A stretch of DNA of 64,000 nt, taken from positions 1 through 64,000 of IMG/VR virus record IMGVR_UViG_3300049012_000071; one strand, written 5' to 3'. Below are positions 8,730 through 17,262 of the stretch, in pieces. Origin of the DNA: a virus (lineage: Duplodnaviria; Caudoviricetes). Position numbers and translations under genes: made by a program. The notes beneath the pieces were generated by a model. That model had not been told where the DNA came from. It made no database searches and saw nothing but the letters and a program-made list of their open reading frames with translations. Numbering within the stretch: position 1 is the stretch's first letter; every line of letters starts with the position of its first letter.

Positions 8730-9421
8730 ACGAACTCCCGCCACCCGTGCGCCTCGCAGAAGGCCTGCACGGCACGTCGTCGCAGGTCCGCGGCCTCACC
8801 CTTGGCGCTCAGGTAGCGTCGGTGGGCCGTGGGCCTCTCGCTGCTGTCCTCGTCGAGCGCATCCCGCTCGCCACGCAGGACATCCACCTTCCTCTCCGCA
8901 GCCTGGACGTCCGGCAGCGCGCCAGCATGAGCCTCGGCTGCCCGGTGGCGGCGTCGCCCCGGCGTCTCCACGTCCTCGCTGCGGATGGCCGCTTCCAGCA
9001 TCGCGCGCGCCGCGAGCACCATGGCGGCCGCCTCCGCCGCAACCTCGTCCTGGGTGGCGAAGATCTCGTGCTCCGACCACCCGGTCCGGGCCTCGTCGGG
9101 GAGCTCCAGGTAGACGCTCGCCATCCACCGGTGAGGCTTCCAGCCGAAGTGCCGCTCGATGCGGATCCAGAACCCGGCCTTGCACCACGAGCCGAAGTGC
9201 GGGTTCCGGAGGGTCACGTTGCAGAGCGCGACCGTGCGGCCGTCGGCGTCGTACTCGAGGTGCTCCTCGAGCGCGGGCGCGGCGGACGGCGGCGGTCCAG
9301 GTCGCGCGGCAGGTACCGCGGGAGTGGGCACCACCGCGGCCTGTGCCGCCGGAGGCGCGAACGGCTCCGCGGGCACCATGCGCCTGGACGGCGCGTCGTC
9401 GAAGAGGCCGAGCTGGTTCAT
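8726..9421 (-). CDS. Hypothetical protein with N-terminal QLGLF motif
   Basis: MNQLGLFDD resembles a beta-clamp-binding motif; coupled. Confidence 0.6.
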   Translation of the reverse strand: MNQLGLFDDAPSRRMVPAEPFAPPAAQAAVVPTPAVPAARPGPPPSAAPALEEHLEYDADGRTVALCNVTLRNPHFGSWCKAGFWIRIERHFGWKPHRWMASVYLELPDEARTGWSEHEIFATQDEVAAEAAAMVLAARAMLEAAIRSEDVETPGRRRHRAAEAHAGALPDVQAAERKVDVLRGERDALDEDSSERPTAHRRYLSAKGEAADLRRRAVQAFCEAHGWREFV

Positions 9422-9789
9422 GACCAAAACAGCACCACCGGCCATTCCGCCGGCAGCGCGGCCACGTACGCGAACGCCGCCCGGTTCCTCGGCGACACGG
9501 TGACCTGCGGATGCTGCGCCAGCGCGGCGAGATCGCCCGCGCGCGCCCACTTCAGCAGGTTGCCGAAGTCGTCCTCCGTGACCTCACCGAAGGCGTGCTC
9601 GCCCTCCTCGTTCCTGGCCAACCGGCAGCTGAAGTGCCGCGGGACGTCGCGCGACGGAAGGCCCTCGAGATGCTCATCCAGATCTCGGCGCTCGCCGCCC
9701 CAGTCGAGCTCGACGTGGAGCAGGTCGTCTGCGCGGGCATCACGGTCGCTGTTCGTGGCGTACGGCAGCAGGTACACGTTGCGGCTCAT
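9418..9789 (-). CDS. Phage hypothetical protein
   Basis: Coupled; ends AAFAYVAALPAEWPVVLFWS. Confidence 0.65.
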   Translation of the reverse strand: MSRNVYLLPYATNSDRDARADDLLHVELDWGGERRDLDEHLEGLPSRDVPRHFSCRLARNEEGEHAFGEVTEDDFGNLLKWARAGDLAALAQHPQVTVSPRNRAAFAYVAALPAEWPVVLFWS

Positions 9790-10124
9790 CCTTCGGTCCT
9801 CCTCGGCTCCATCCAACACCCCGCCGCCGCCAGCTCGATCACCTCGGCCTCCGCCGGGTACCACCGCGCCAGCTTCATCCGCGCCACGCCCAGGTCGAGC
9901 GGCGTCACCGGCTCCAGCGCCACCACGCGGATGCGCAGCCCGTCGGCGCCAGCGCAGCAGGGGACGCCCAGGGCGAAGAAGCCGATGCGGGCGGCGGCTT
10001 CCAGAGCCTCGGCGCCAGGCTCCGGAGGCGGCCCGATGGCTCGGGTCTTGGCGTGCGCTGCCTCGATGTCGGCCCACGTGAGGCTCGCCGGCGTGCCGTA
10101 GTTGCTGAAGGCGCCGGCGCTCAT
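9786..10124 (-). CDS. Hypothetical protein
   Basis: Coupled ORF. Confidence 0.55.
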   Translation of the reverse strand: MSAGAFSNYGTPASLTWADIEAAHAKTRAIGPPPEPGAEALEAAARIGFFALGVPCCAGADGLRIRVVALEPVTPLDLGVARMKLARWYPAEAEVIELAAAGCWMEPRRTEG

Positions 10125-10558
10125 TCGTCGTCGTCCATGCGGTCTGACCGAAGCGCCTCGAGATGCTCGCGCCACGCAGCATTCGATCGCTCAGCCGCCG
10201 CCAGCTTCTCCCGTAGGGCGTCGCGCTCCCGCTCCGCCTGCTCCAGCGCGTCGAGCAACGCGAGCACGGCGGACGGCTGCGTCTCGACGACATAGCGGGA
10301 GATCGGCTCGACGTGAAAGTACGGGTTCGGCTGGAGAATCACTGCGCGGCTCAGAACTTCACCCGCATCGCCGCTGGCGTCACAGGTGACGTCATGGAAT
10401 CCGAGCCAGATCCCAGCAGCGCCCTTCTCGCCCGTTTGCCACTCCCCCGGCGCCTCGCGCGCAGCAGCCTCCGCCGTCTCCCGCATCCGGCGCCGCCGCT
10501 CGGCGTCCATGGGAGAAGGATCCTTCTGGTCGGCGGTAGCTTTCTTCTGGTCGGTCAT
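10121..10558 (-). CDS. Ead/Ea22-like protein
   Basis: APGEW...QPSAVLALLDALE followed by coiled coil. Confidence 0.6.
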   Translation of the reverse strand: MTDQKKATADQKDPSPMDAERRRRMRETAEAAAREAPGEWQTGEKGAAGIWLGFHDVTCDASGDAGEVLSRAVILQPNPYFHVEPISRYVVETQPSAVLALLDALEQAERERDALREKLAAAERSNAAWREHLEALRSDRMDDDE

Positions 10559-10983
10559 CGCTTGCCCATCGGCGGTGGCCACGGGTTCACCCGCTCGACC
10601 CCGGCGGCCTTGACCCACATCGGGTGGTGAACGGGGCACAGGTGCCGGTCCATGCCGATCTCGCGAGCGTGGTCGTCGCACAGCGGCAGATCGCACGTCT
10701 TCCCGCGGCCCATCGGCCAGTCGCAGAGGTTGTCCCCGACGGCGCCGCATGTCGGCTCGGAGCAGTGCTCGCCGAGGTCACCGCAGATAAAGACCTCGCC
10801 TCCGTCGATGAAGTTGGACTGCTCGCGCACCACCTCCTCTGGCCAAAGGTCCGGATGCTCAGGGTGGCCCTGGCCCTTGCCGGGGCGGCGAGTCTTCCAC
10901 CCGTGCCTGTAGCCCGCCTGCTCCTTGGCCTCCCACATCGTCATGGGCCCCATCTTCTCTCGATAGCAAGGCATAAGACGCAT
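10555..10983 (-). CDS. Cys/His-rich Zn-finger phage protein
   Basis: FICG...LCDWPMGRGKTCDLPLCDDHA...LCPVH. Confidence 0.65.
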   Translation of the reverse strand: MRLMPCYREKMGPMTMWEAKEQAGYRHGWKTRRPGKGQGHPEHPDLWPEEVVREQSNFIDGGEVFICGDLGEHCSEPTCGAVGDNLCDWPMGRGKTCDLPLCDDHAREIGMDRHLCPVHHPMWVKAAGVERVNPWPPPMGKR

Positions 10984-10995
10984 CCCTCCTTGGGC

Positions 10996-11346
10996 TCACC
11001 AGCCAGACGCGACGATGTCCGGCGTGGCGTCGGCTTCCTCGATGAGCGCCGCGTCGTGGATTGCGAAGTAGCGCGCGATCTCTGCGTCCCGTGCGATGTC
11101 CATCATGATCTCCTCCAGCGAGCGGCTCTTGCTCTTTCGCCGCGCCCGCTCCTCCGCGTCGACATGCCCGGTGAGCTCGCGACCGATTCGCTCCATCTCA
11201 TGCTGGATGAACGTCCACTCGACCCGTCGAAACGGCGCGATCTTGTCCATCCACTTGTAGCAAGCGCCGAACGCCGCGCTCCACAGCGCGTCCGGGTCCT
11301 CATGCGGCAGGAACTTCGACGCCTCGGCGAACGGGTCCTTGTTCAA
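10996..11346 (-). CDS. Hypothetical protein
   Basis: Coupled TTG start. Confidence 0.55.
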   Translation of the reverse strand: MNKDPFAEASKFLPHEDPDALWSAAFGACYKWMDKIAPFRRVEWTFIQHEMERIGRELTGHVDAEERARRKSKSRSLEEIMMDIARDAEIARYFAIHDAALIEEADATPDIVASGW

Positions 11347-11756
11347 CGGCTACCCGCGGTCTGCTCTGCTGAGTCACCGAACAGCATCGCGTCGTCTGCG
11401 TGATTGAGCATCAGCACGGCGGAGTCGTCCGCCGGGTCGTAGCTCGCCGCGATCTCCGCCTGGCCCGCCTCGCGCCGCCCGTTCGGCACCACCTCAACCC
11501 CGCGCTCATGCACAAGATCCGCGAGTCGGTTGGCCTCTGTCACAAGGTCCGCCGGGGCTACGATGCAGACCACGTGCGGGTAGTCGAGAACTTCCTCCGC
11601 GTCGAAGCCGGCCTCGATCTTCGATCGGCCGTCTCCGCTGTCCGTCGTATCGAAACCGTGCTCTCGGAGCCACCAGACCGTGCGGCTGATACCGTGATCC
11701 AGCTCCGCCAACGTTCTACCCATCATGGCTTTTCCATCCGTGTTTGATTCAGACAT
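11343..11756 (-). CDS. Phage hypothetical protein
   Basis: LDHGISRTVWWLREHGFDTTDSGDG motif; GGAGAGG RBS. Confidence 0.65.
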   Translation of the reverse strand: MSESNTDGKAMMGRTLAELDHGISRTVWWLREHGFDTTDSGDGRSKIEAGFDAEEVLDYPHVVCIVAPADLVTEANRLADLVHERGVEVVPNGRREAGQAEIAASYDPADDSAVLMLNHADDAMLFGDSAEQTAGSR

Positions 11757-12631
11757 GGCACCTCTCCTCCATCAACCGCACCGAGCGCCGGCAGGATCTC
11801 CGCGCGCAGAATGCCGCGGTGACATCTGCGGTCGTCCATGCAGAAGCAACACAACACCGTTGCGCCGCGCGCCAGCAGCCGCCGCCACGCCTCCGGGTGC
11901 GGCCGCGCACCACGCTCCCAGGCTTCCTCGGCCATCGCTCGCCCCTCGGGCGGCAGCCGAGTCCAGGCTGGCGTCCCGCGCGCGATGCCGTAACTGACCC
12001 GCATCTCGGCCAGGAAGTGCGCCCGGAACCACGTGAACCACTGCGCCTCGACCCGCTCCGCTTCGGCCGTGAGCGCCGCCGCATGCTGCTCCCGCGCCTC
12101 CACGTCGGCCCGGGTATCGCCTAGGTCGAGCTGGCGCTCACGGAGCTCCGCCGCTGCCTCCCGGAGCTTCTCAGCCTGCCCGCGCGCCGCGAGCGCCCGG
12201 TCGAGCAGCGCCTCCGACGGCGCGAACGGCAGCCCGGCCGGGTCGCAGCCGTCCCCGCGGCGGGTGATCTGAAAGCGGCCCGGCCGGGAGTAGGTCGCCC
12301 GCGCCGAGAAGACGAGCAGCCCTTCGGCCCCGATGTCGGGCGCGTGCTCAACCCAGTCGACGCCCGATGCGTCCGCCGCAGCGAGCGCCGTGTCGATGGC
12401 GCCGTCCGGCTCGGCCCAGCGGAATGCCTCCACCCGGTCCGCCAGAGCCAGCTTGAGCGGGTGCGTCTCGACGGCAAGCCCCCGCTGCCGCGCCGCGATG
12501 CTCGCCACGGCCGCGACGTCACCCTCCGGCGGCAGGACCAGCGTGGTGTCCGCCGGGAGCTCGTGGACGCGGCTCCACACCTGGGCCAGGGCGCGGTGGG
12601 CACGGGCGCCGATGATGGCGACGCGGGTCAC
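11723..12631 (-). CDS. SLOG-like N-terminal domain fused to a DUF488-like C-terminal domain
   Basis: N-terminal RVAIIGAR...ARQRGLAVETHP; C-terminal VLCCFC...CHRGIL. Confidence 0.55.
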   Translation of the reverse strand: MTRVAIIGARAHRALAQVWSRVHELPADTTLVLPPEGDVAAVASIAARQRGLAVETHPLKLALADRVEAFRWAEPDGAIDTALAAADASGVDWVEHAPDIGAEGLLVFSARATYSRPGRFQITRRGDGCDPAGLPFAPSEALLDRALAARGQAEKLREAAAELRERQLDLGDTRADVEAREQHAAALTAEAERVEAQWFTWFRAHFLAEMRVSYGIARGTPAWTRLPPEGRAMAEEAWERGARPHPEAWRRLLARGATVLCCFCMDDRRCHRGILRAEILPALGAVDGGEVPCLNQTRMEKP

Positions 12632-13665
12632 GATGCTGCCACCGCCCGGAGAGCCACGTCGCGCGCGGCAGTCAGCGTCTCGAACCGCGCCCGGTCCCCG
12701 CCCTGGTCGGGGTGAGCCCGCTCGGCGGCGATCCGCTGCCGGTAGGCCCGCTGCACCTCGTCGGGCGTCGCGTCAGCGTCGAGGCCCAGCTCCGCGAGCG
12801 CCGCGTTGCGCTCTGCGCTCTGCTGCTGCGACCGCGCTATGGCGCGTCCGAGCGCTTCGCCGAACTCCCGCGCCTCGCGCTTGTAGCGCTCGTCCAGCTC
12901 GACCGCGGCGGCGTGCTCGCGCCAGAACTGATCGAGCTCGGCCTGCGGCGGCGGGGCGAGGTAAAGGCGCACCCCGTCCGGGCGCGGCCCGACGTGGCTC
13001 CAGCCCTGCTCGGCCAGGTCGCACAGGCACGGGGCGCAGGTTTCGACGCGCCACTCGGCCCGCGGGCGCCGGACGTCGAGATCGTACCTGCTCCCGAAGT
13101 CGCGGTAGCCCTCAGGCCGGCGGATCTGCACCTTCTCGACGCGGTAGCGGCCATCTCCCGGGCTCGCGAGATAGGCGTGCTTCGGCGTGCGCTTGAGCAT
13201 GGCCGAGAAGCGTCGGCGGACCTCGAGCCAGCGCGCGCGCTCCTCCTCGGTCGGCTCATGGTCGAAGACGTCGATCTGGAGGTCACAGCCGTAGAAGAAG
13301 CCGCAGATAGGTGGCTCCTTCCGGTAGTCGAATCGGCCTGACCCCGTGGTCCGGGCACGCCCGCCGCTCGCGACGCTCGAGAGGTCGTCGGCGTGAACCG
13401 ACATGTCGCCCCCGGGCGTCTCGATCAGCACGAAGTTCTCGTCGCCCTCGGAGAGCACGCGGCGCCGGACCGCGAGCGGCGGCCCGTCGATGCGCCCAGG
13501 GACGCGATGCAGGGTCCAGACGTGCCGCGGCGTCCAGCGAGAGCAGAGGTTGGCCTTCGCCGGCCCCGGGCGAGCGATCGCGTTCGCGCGCGGCGTCGGA
13601 CTCGGCGCCCAGGGCATCCCCGTCTGCGCGCTCTGCGGCGCGCCGCGGCTGCGCTTCCGGGTCAT
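12628..13665 (-). CDS. Protein with a C-terminal DnaJ J-domain
   Basis: LGLDADATPDEVQRAYRQRIAAERAHPDQGGDRARFETLTAARD with an intact HPD. Confidence 0.8.
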   Translation of the reverse strand: MTRKRSRGAPQSAQTGMPWAPSPTPRANAIARPGPAKANLCSRWTPRHVWTLHRVPGRIDGPPLAVRRRVLSEGDENFVLIETPGGDMSVHADDLSSVASGGRARTTGSGRFDYRKEPPICGFFYGCDLQIDVFDHEPTEEERARWLEVRRRFSAMLKRTPKHAYLASPGDGRYRVEKVQIRRPEGYRDFGSRYDLDVRRPRAEWRVETCAPCLCDLAEQGWSHVGPRPDGVRLYLAPPPQAELDQFWREHAAAVELDERYKREAREFGEALGRAIARSQQQSAERNAALAELGLDADATPDEVQRAYRQRIAAERAHPDQGGDRARFETLTAARDVALRAVAAS

Positions 13666-15032
13666 GCCAGCTCCCACACAGCGCGGTTCGCCTCTGCGCT
13701 GCGAGGCGCGGGCGCCACCGCGTCCTCCACCGGTTTCCTGCTCGGCGGCTTCAGCGGCCGGATGGCGGCGACGCAGGAAGCCTTGGCCTCGGCAGGCGTG
13801 AGCGGCCGCCGGGGCTGCGGAGGGGACGGCGAAGGCGGCGGTGCAGCCGGTGCCGTCCGTGGCTGGATGGCCTTTGCGCGCGGCGGATCAGGGGCAGACG
13901 CGGCGGGTGCGACGACGGAGACGGGGGCAGCATCGACGGCAGGCGCCTCGGGCGGCGGCAGAGTCGGAGGTGGAGGCGCTGGCGGTGGCAGTGGAGGTGG
14001 AGTTTGTCGTCGTGCCGGGATCTCCGGCGGCTCCGCACCCCACAGCACGGCGTCGTCCTCGGCGACCAGCCGGCGAACCGCGCGCTCGAGCTTCTCCAAC
14101 GCCTTCACCTTGATCTGCCGGATGCGCTCCCGCGTGCGGTCGAAGCTGGCGCCGACCTCCTCGAGCGTCTCCGGGTCGTCGGCGAGCACCATGCGCCGGA
14201 CGACCTCCTGCTCCTGGGCGGTGAGCCACGTCATGGCCCGGCCGATCAGCTCCCGCCGGCGCGCCTGCGCGTCCTCGTCGACCACGGCGTCCTCCGGGCC
14301 GGGCTCGGCGTCGGCGGTCATCTCGCCGAGCGTGGAGCCGTCGTCCTCGTGTCCGAGAACGGGAGCGTCGAGGCGGCGCGGCTCCAGGAGCAGGCGTGCC
14401 GCGGCCGCCTTGTCCGACATGCCCTCGCCAGCGCGTCGCTCCTTGCGGATCGTCTGGTGCATGTGCGTCGGCACCCGGATGTCGGACCCCTGGTCGTCGA
14501 GCGCGCACTGGAGACGCTGCCTCATCCAGATGATCGCGTACGTGGAGAGCTTCGCGCCCTCCTCCGCGCGCCACTTCGAGGCCGCGTGGATGAATCCCAT
14601 CCGGGCCCACTGGATGAGGTCGTCGTCGTCGAGGCCCCGGTTCCGGTACTTCATGGCCAGCTTGAGGATCAGGCGCTCATGCGCCTCGAGCAGGATGTCC
14701 CCCGCGCGGCGGTCGCCGGCCTGGTAGCGGCGAATGAGCGCCACCTCCTCGTCGCCAGCGATGTCCGTGTGGGTGGCGCGTGGCTTCGGCGACTCTTCAT
14801 GGGTCGCCGGGCGCGGATGCGTCGGCTTCGGCGCGACGCGATCGGACTGGGGCGGCGCCGGGCGCACGACGGCGCAGGCTTTGACCGCGCGCGACGTGGC
14901 CTCAGCCACGGGCACGACAGCCGCTGCCCTACGGGGCTCTCGGCGGGCGGGCACGTCGAGCAGCAAGACCGGCGCGGGGGCCACCGTCCCCGAGGCGCGG
15001 CGCTTCTCGGCCCAGGAGGCGGCGAGATTCAT
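13662..15032 (-). CDS. RNA polymerase sigma70-family factor (RpoH/RpoD-like) with Pro-rich extensions
   Basis: Region 2 DDLIQWARMGF...KLSTYAIIWMR; region 4 TLEEVGASFDRTRERIRQI. Confidence 0.85.
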   Translation of the reverse strand: MNLAASWAEKRRASGTVAPAPVLLLDVPARREPRRAAAVVPVAEATSRAVKACAVVRPAPPQSDRVAPKPTHPRPATHEESPKPRATHTDIAGDEEVALIRRYQAGDRRAGDILLEAHERLILKLAMKYRNRGLDDDDLIQWARMGFIHAASKWRAEEGAKLSTYAIIWMRQRLQCALDDQGSDIRVPTHMHQTIRKERRAGEGMSDKAAAARLLLEPRRLDAPVLGHEDDGSTLGEMTADAEPGPEDAVVDEDAQARRRELIGRAMTWLTAQEQEVVRRMVLADDPETLEEVGASFDRTRERIRQIKVKALEKLERAVRRLVAEDDAVLWGAEPPEIPARRQTPPPLPPPAPPPPTLPPPEAPAVDAAPVSVVAPAASAPDPPRAKAIQPRTAPAAPPPSPSPPQPRRPLTPAEAKASCVAAIRPLKPPSRKPVEDAVAPAPRSAEANRAVWELA

Positions 15033-15781
15033 GCGCCAACCTGAGGTTGGGTCCGGAGCGCCTTCGTCATCGACGCTTCCTCAGCCGACATGTTGAAGGT
15101 ACGCATGCGGTAAAGGATCGTGGCCACGGCCACACCGGACACCTCGGAGATCTCCTTCATCGTCAAGCTGACGCCATAATATTGGTGCCTCGGAGTCAGA
15201 TCCGCCAAGCGTTTCTTCGTCGCCGCAATCTTTCGGCACCCGCAGGACGTCGTAAATCCGGCCTTCAGGTTGTTGGCCAAGGCAGCAAACGTATTCCCGC
15301 AGCGGTTGCACAGACACTCCCAACGTCGCTTCTTTCGGCCAGCTTCCTTCTCCGCTTGCAGATTCATCGGTCGCAGCACGAGAACGTCTCCGTTTGCAAA
15401 CGTGCGTCCGGCCAGATCTTCGCCGCGCAAGATGGCCCGCTCAGACGCCTTTCTCCGGAACACGCACCCGCATGACACCACGCGACCGGTCTTGAGGTCC
15501 CCGCCAACGATGACCTTTGGCGGACTGCCACAGGCGCACTGGCACAGGTACTGCCTCTTGCGATGGGCGCTGAGGTCCACCTCCCGCAGTACGGCCATCT
15601 GCCCGAATGTCTTGCCTACGATGTCGGCTGATGCTCGAACCGGCTGCGCGATAGCCTTCTCTGGTGCCATCCCGTGTGCCAACCTCGCGCACATCGTGTT
15701 GATTGATGTGCCAGCGATCAGAGCCATCTCCCTCGCGGTGAGGAGCTCGCCGAACACCTCGTACGTGGCGCCGCGGCTCAA
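15029..15781 (-). CDS. DNA-binding protein built from homing-endonuclease-associated repeats
   Basis: Two CxC...G..xSCGC modules between two HTH-like repeats; no nuclease motif seen; AT-richer. Confidence 0.6.
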   Translation of the reverse strand: MSRGATYEVFGELLTAREMALIAGTSINTMCARLAHGMAPEKAIAQPVRASADIVGKTFGQMAVLREVDLSAHRKRQYLCQCACGSPPKVIVGGDLKTGRVVSCGCVFRRKASERAILRGEDLAGRTFANGDVLVLRPMNLQAEKEAGRKKRRWECLCNRCGNTFAALANNLKAGFTTSCGCRKIAATKKRLADLTPRHQYYGVSLTMKEISEVSGVAVATILYRMRTFNMSAEEASMTKALRTQPQVGA

Positions 15782-17193
15782 GCGGCAGCCTCTTCACCAA
15801 ACTTCGCGGCATAAACCTTCTCGGCCCAGCCGGGCGCGAAGCCCTTTGCAGAAGCAAAACGCTGGATGCGCAACAGCTCTGCCGCGCGCTCTTCCGCTGT
15901 GAACGCCGGCTTGTACTCCTCGAGCTCGGCATCTTGCTCGTTCGGCACCGACCCAATACGCGGGAACACCGCCGAGCACTCCGGGCACACCGCGCACCCA
16001 GCCGGCACCACGGCGCTGCACTCCGGGCACACCGCGCACCCAGCCGGCACCACGGCGCTGCACTCCGGGCACGCTTTCGCCGGCGCCTGCCGAGGCCCAC
16101 CGCCGCGCCGCATCTCCAGCGACCACTCCCGGTCCGCATGCGGCAGCCCGTGCCCCTGCACGACGACGTTGCCGGCGTGGTCCAGAATCATCGGCCGCAC
16201 GCCATCCCACGGCCGCATCGCGCGCGACGCCTGCTGGATCATGAGCGCGAGGCTCTTCGTCGGCCGGGCCATGACGACGCACTTCACGGCGGGCACGTTG
16301 ACGCCCTCGCTCAGCACGCCGCAGCTCGACACCACCTGGACCGTGCCCGCTGCGAGCGCCTCCAGGATCCGCTTCCGCTCCGCGCGCGGCGTCTCCCCGT
16401 CAAGGTGTTCCGCCGCGATGCCGGCCGCACGGAACCTGGCGACGATCGCCCGGCTGTGCTGCAGCCCGACCGGGAAAACAATGGTCCGGCGGCCCTCGGC
16501 GAGCCGCTGCCACTCGGAGACGATCGAGCCGACCAGCGTGCGCCGGTTCGTCGCGCGCTCCAGCTCCCCGAGCTCGTAGTCCCCGCCTGTGGTCTTCACG
16601 CCCTTCAGCTCGGGGAGGAGCTCCGGCGGCACCGTGAAGATACGCGGCGCCGGCGCGAGGTGCCCGTCGGCGATCAGCTCGCTCGGCTGGGCGACGACGA
16701 TCATGGTGTCGTACTCCCGGCCGAGCCCGCGCCCGTCGAGGCGACACGGCGTCGCGGTCAGGCCGACATGGAGCGCGTCGGGGTAGAGCCCGCGGAGCTT
16801 CCGGCGTCCGTCGCTCGCGTCGCGGTGGGCCTCGTCGGAGATCACGAGGTCCGCCGGCGGCTTCGTCCGGTGGTGGAGCGTGTCGACGCTGGCGACCTGG
16901 ATCGGTGCCGCTGGGTTGTGCCGCGGGTCGCCGGCCATCACCACACCGAGCAGTTCCCGCGGAACGCCGCACTCGATGAGGTGCTCGTACATGCCATCGA
17001 CGAGCTCGCGGCGATGAGCCCAGGCGAGCCCGCGGAGTCCCTGCTCGACGGCCATGGTCCGGAGCAGCGTGGCGCCGATCAGGGTCTTGCCGCCGCCGCC
17101 CGGGACCACGAGCAGGATGCGCCCGTTGATATGCTCGACGGCGTACGCCAGCACCTGCTGAACGGCGCGCTCTTGATACGGTCGAGGCTGCAT
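15778..17193 (-). CDS. SF2 DEAH-box helicase with C-terminal Zn ribbon
   Basis: RPYQ, PGGGGKT, DEAH, LTATPCR, ARPTKS, DHAGN, and CPEC repeats. Confidence 0.92.
   Translation of the reverse strand: MQPRPYQERAVQQVLAYAVEHINGRILLVVPGGGGKTLIGATLLRTMAVEQGLRGLAWAHRRELVDGMYEHLIECGVPRELLGVVMAGDPRHNPAAPIQVASVDTLHHRTKPPADLVISDEAHRDASDGRRKLRGLYPDALHVGLTATPCRLDGRGLGREYDTMIVVAQPSELIADGHLAPAPRIFTVPPELLPELKGVKTTGGDYELGELERATNRRTLVGSIVSEWQRLAEGRRTIVFPVGLQHSRAIVARFRAAGIAAEHLDGETPRAERKRILEALAAGTVQVVSSCGVLSEGVNVPAVKCVVMARPTKSLALMIQQASRAMRPWDGVRPMILDHAGNVVVQGHGLPHADREWSLEMRRGGGPRQAPAKACPECSAVVPAGCAVCPECSAVVPAGCAVCPECSAVFPRIGSVPNEQDAELEEYKPAFTAEERAAELLRIQRFASAKGFAPGWAEKVYAAKFGEEAAA
15976..16072. repeat. 42-bp tandem repeat (2.3 copies) encoding CPECSAVVPAGCAV
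   Basis: Exact duplication at 15976-16017 and 16018-16059, plus a partial copy. Confidence 0.9.
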
Positions 17194-17262
17194 TGTCAGG
17201 CTCCGATTCTGACACCGTCTCTCGCGGACGCAATCGCTACGTCGCAGATCCGCTGTCTCGCA

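Noticed and set aside
15976-16072. CRISPR array or DGR repeat
   Set aside because: A spacer-less in-frame coding repeat; no reverse transcriptase seen anywhere in the window.
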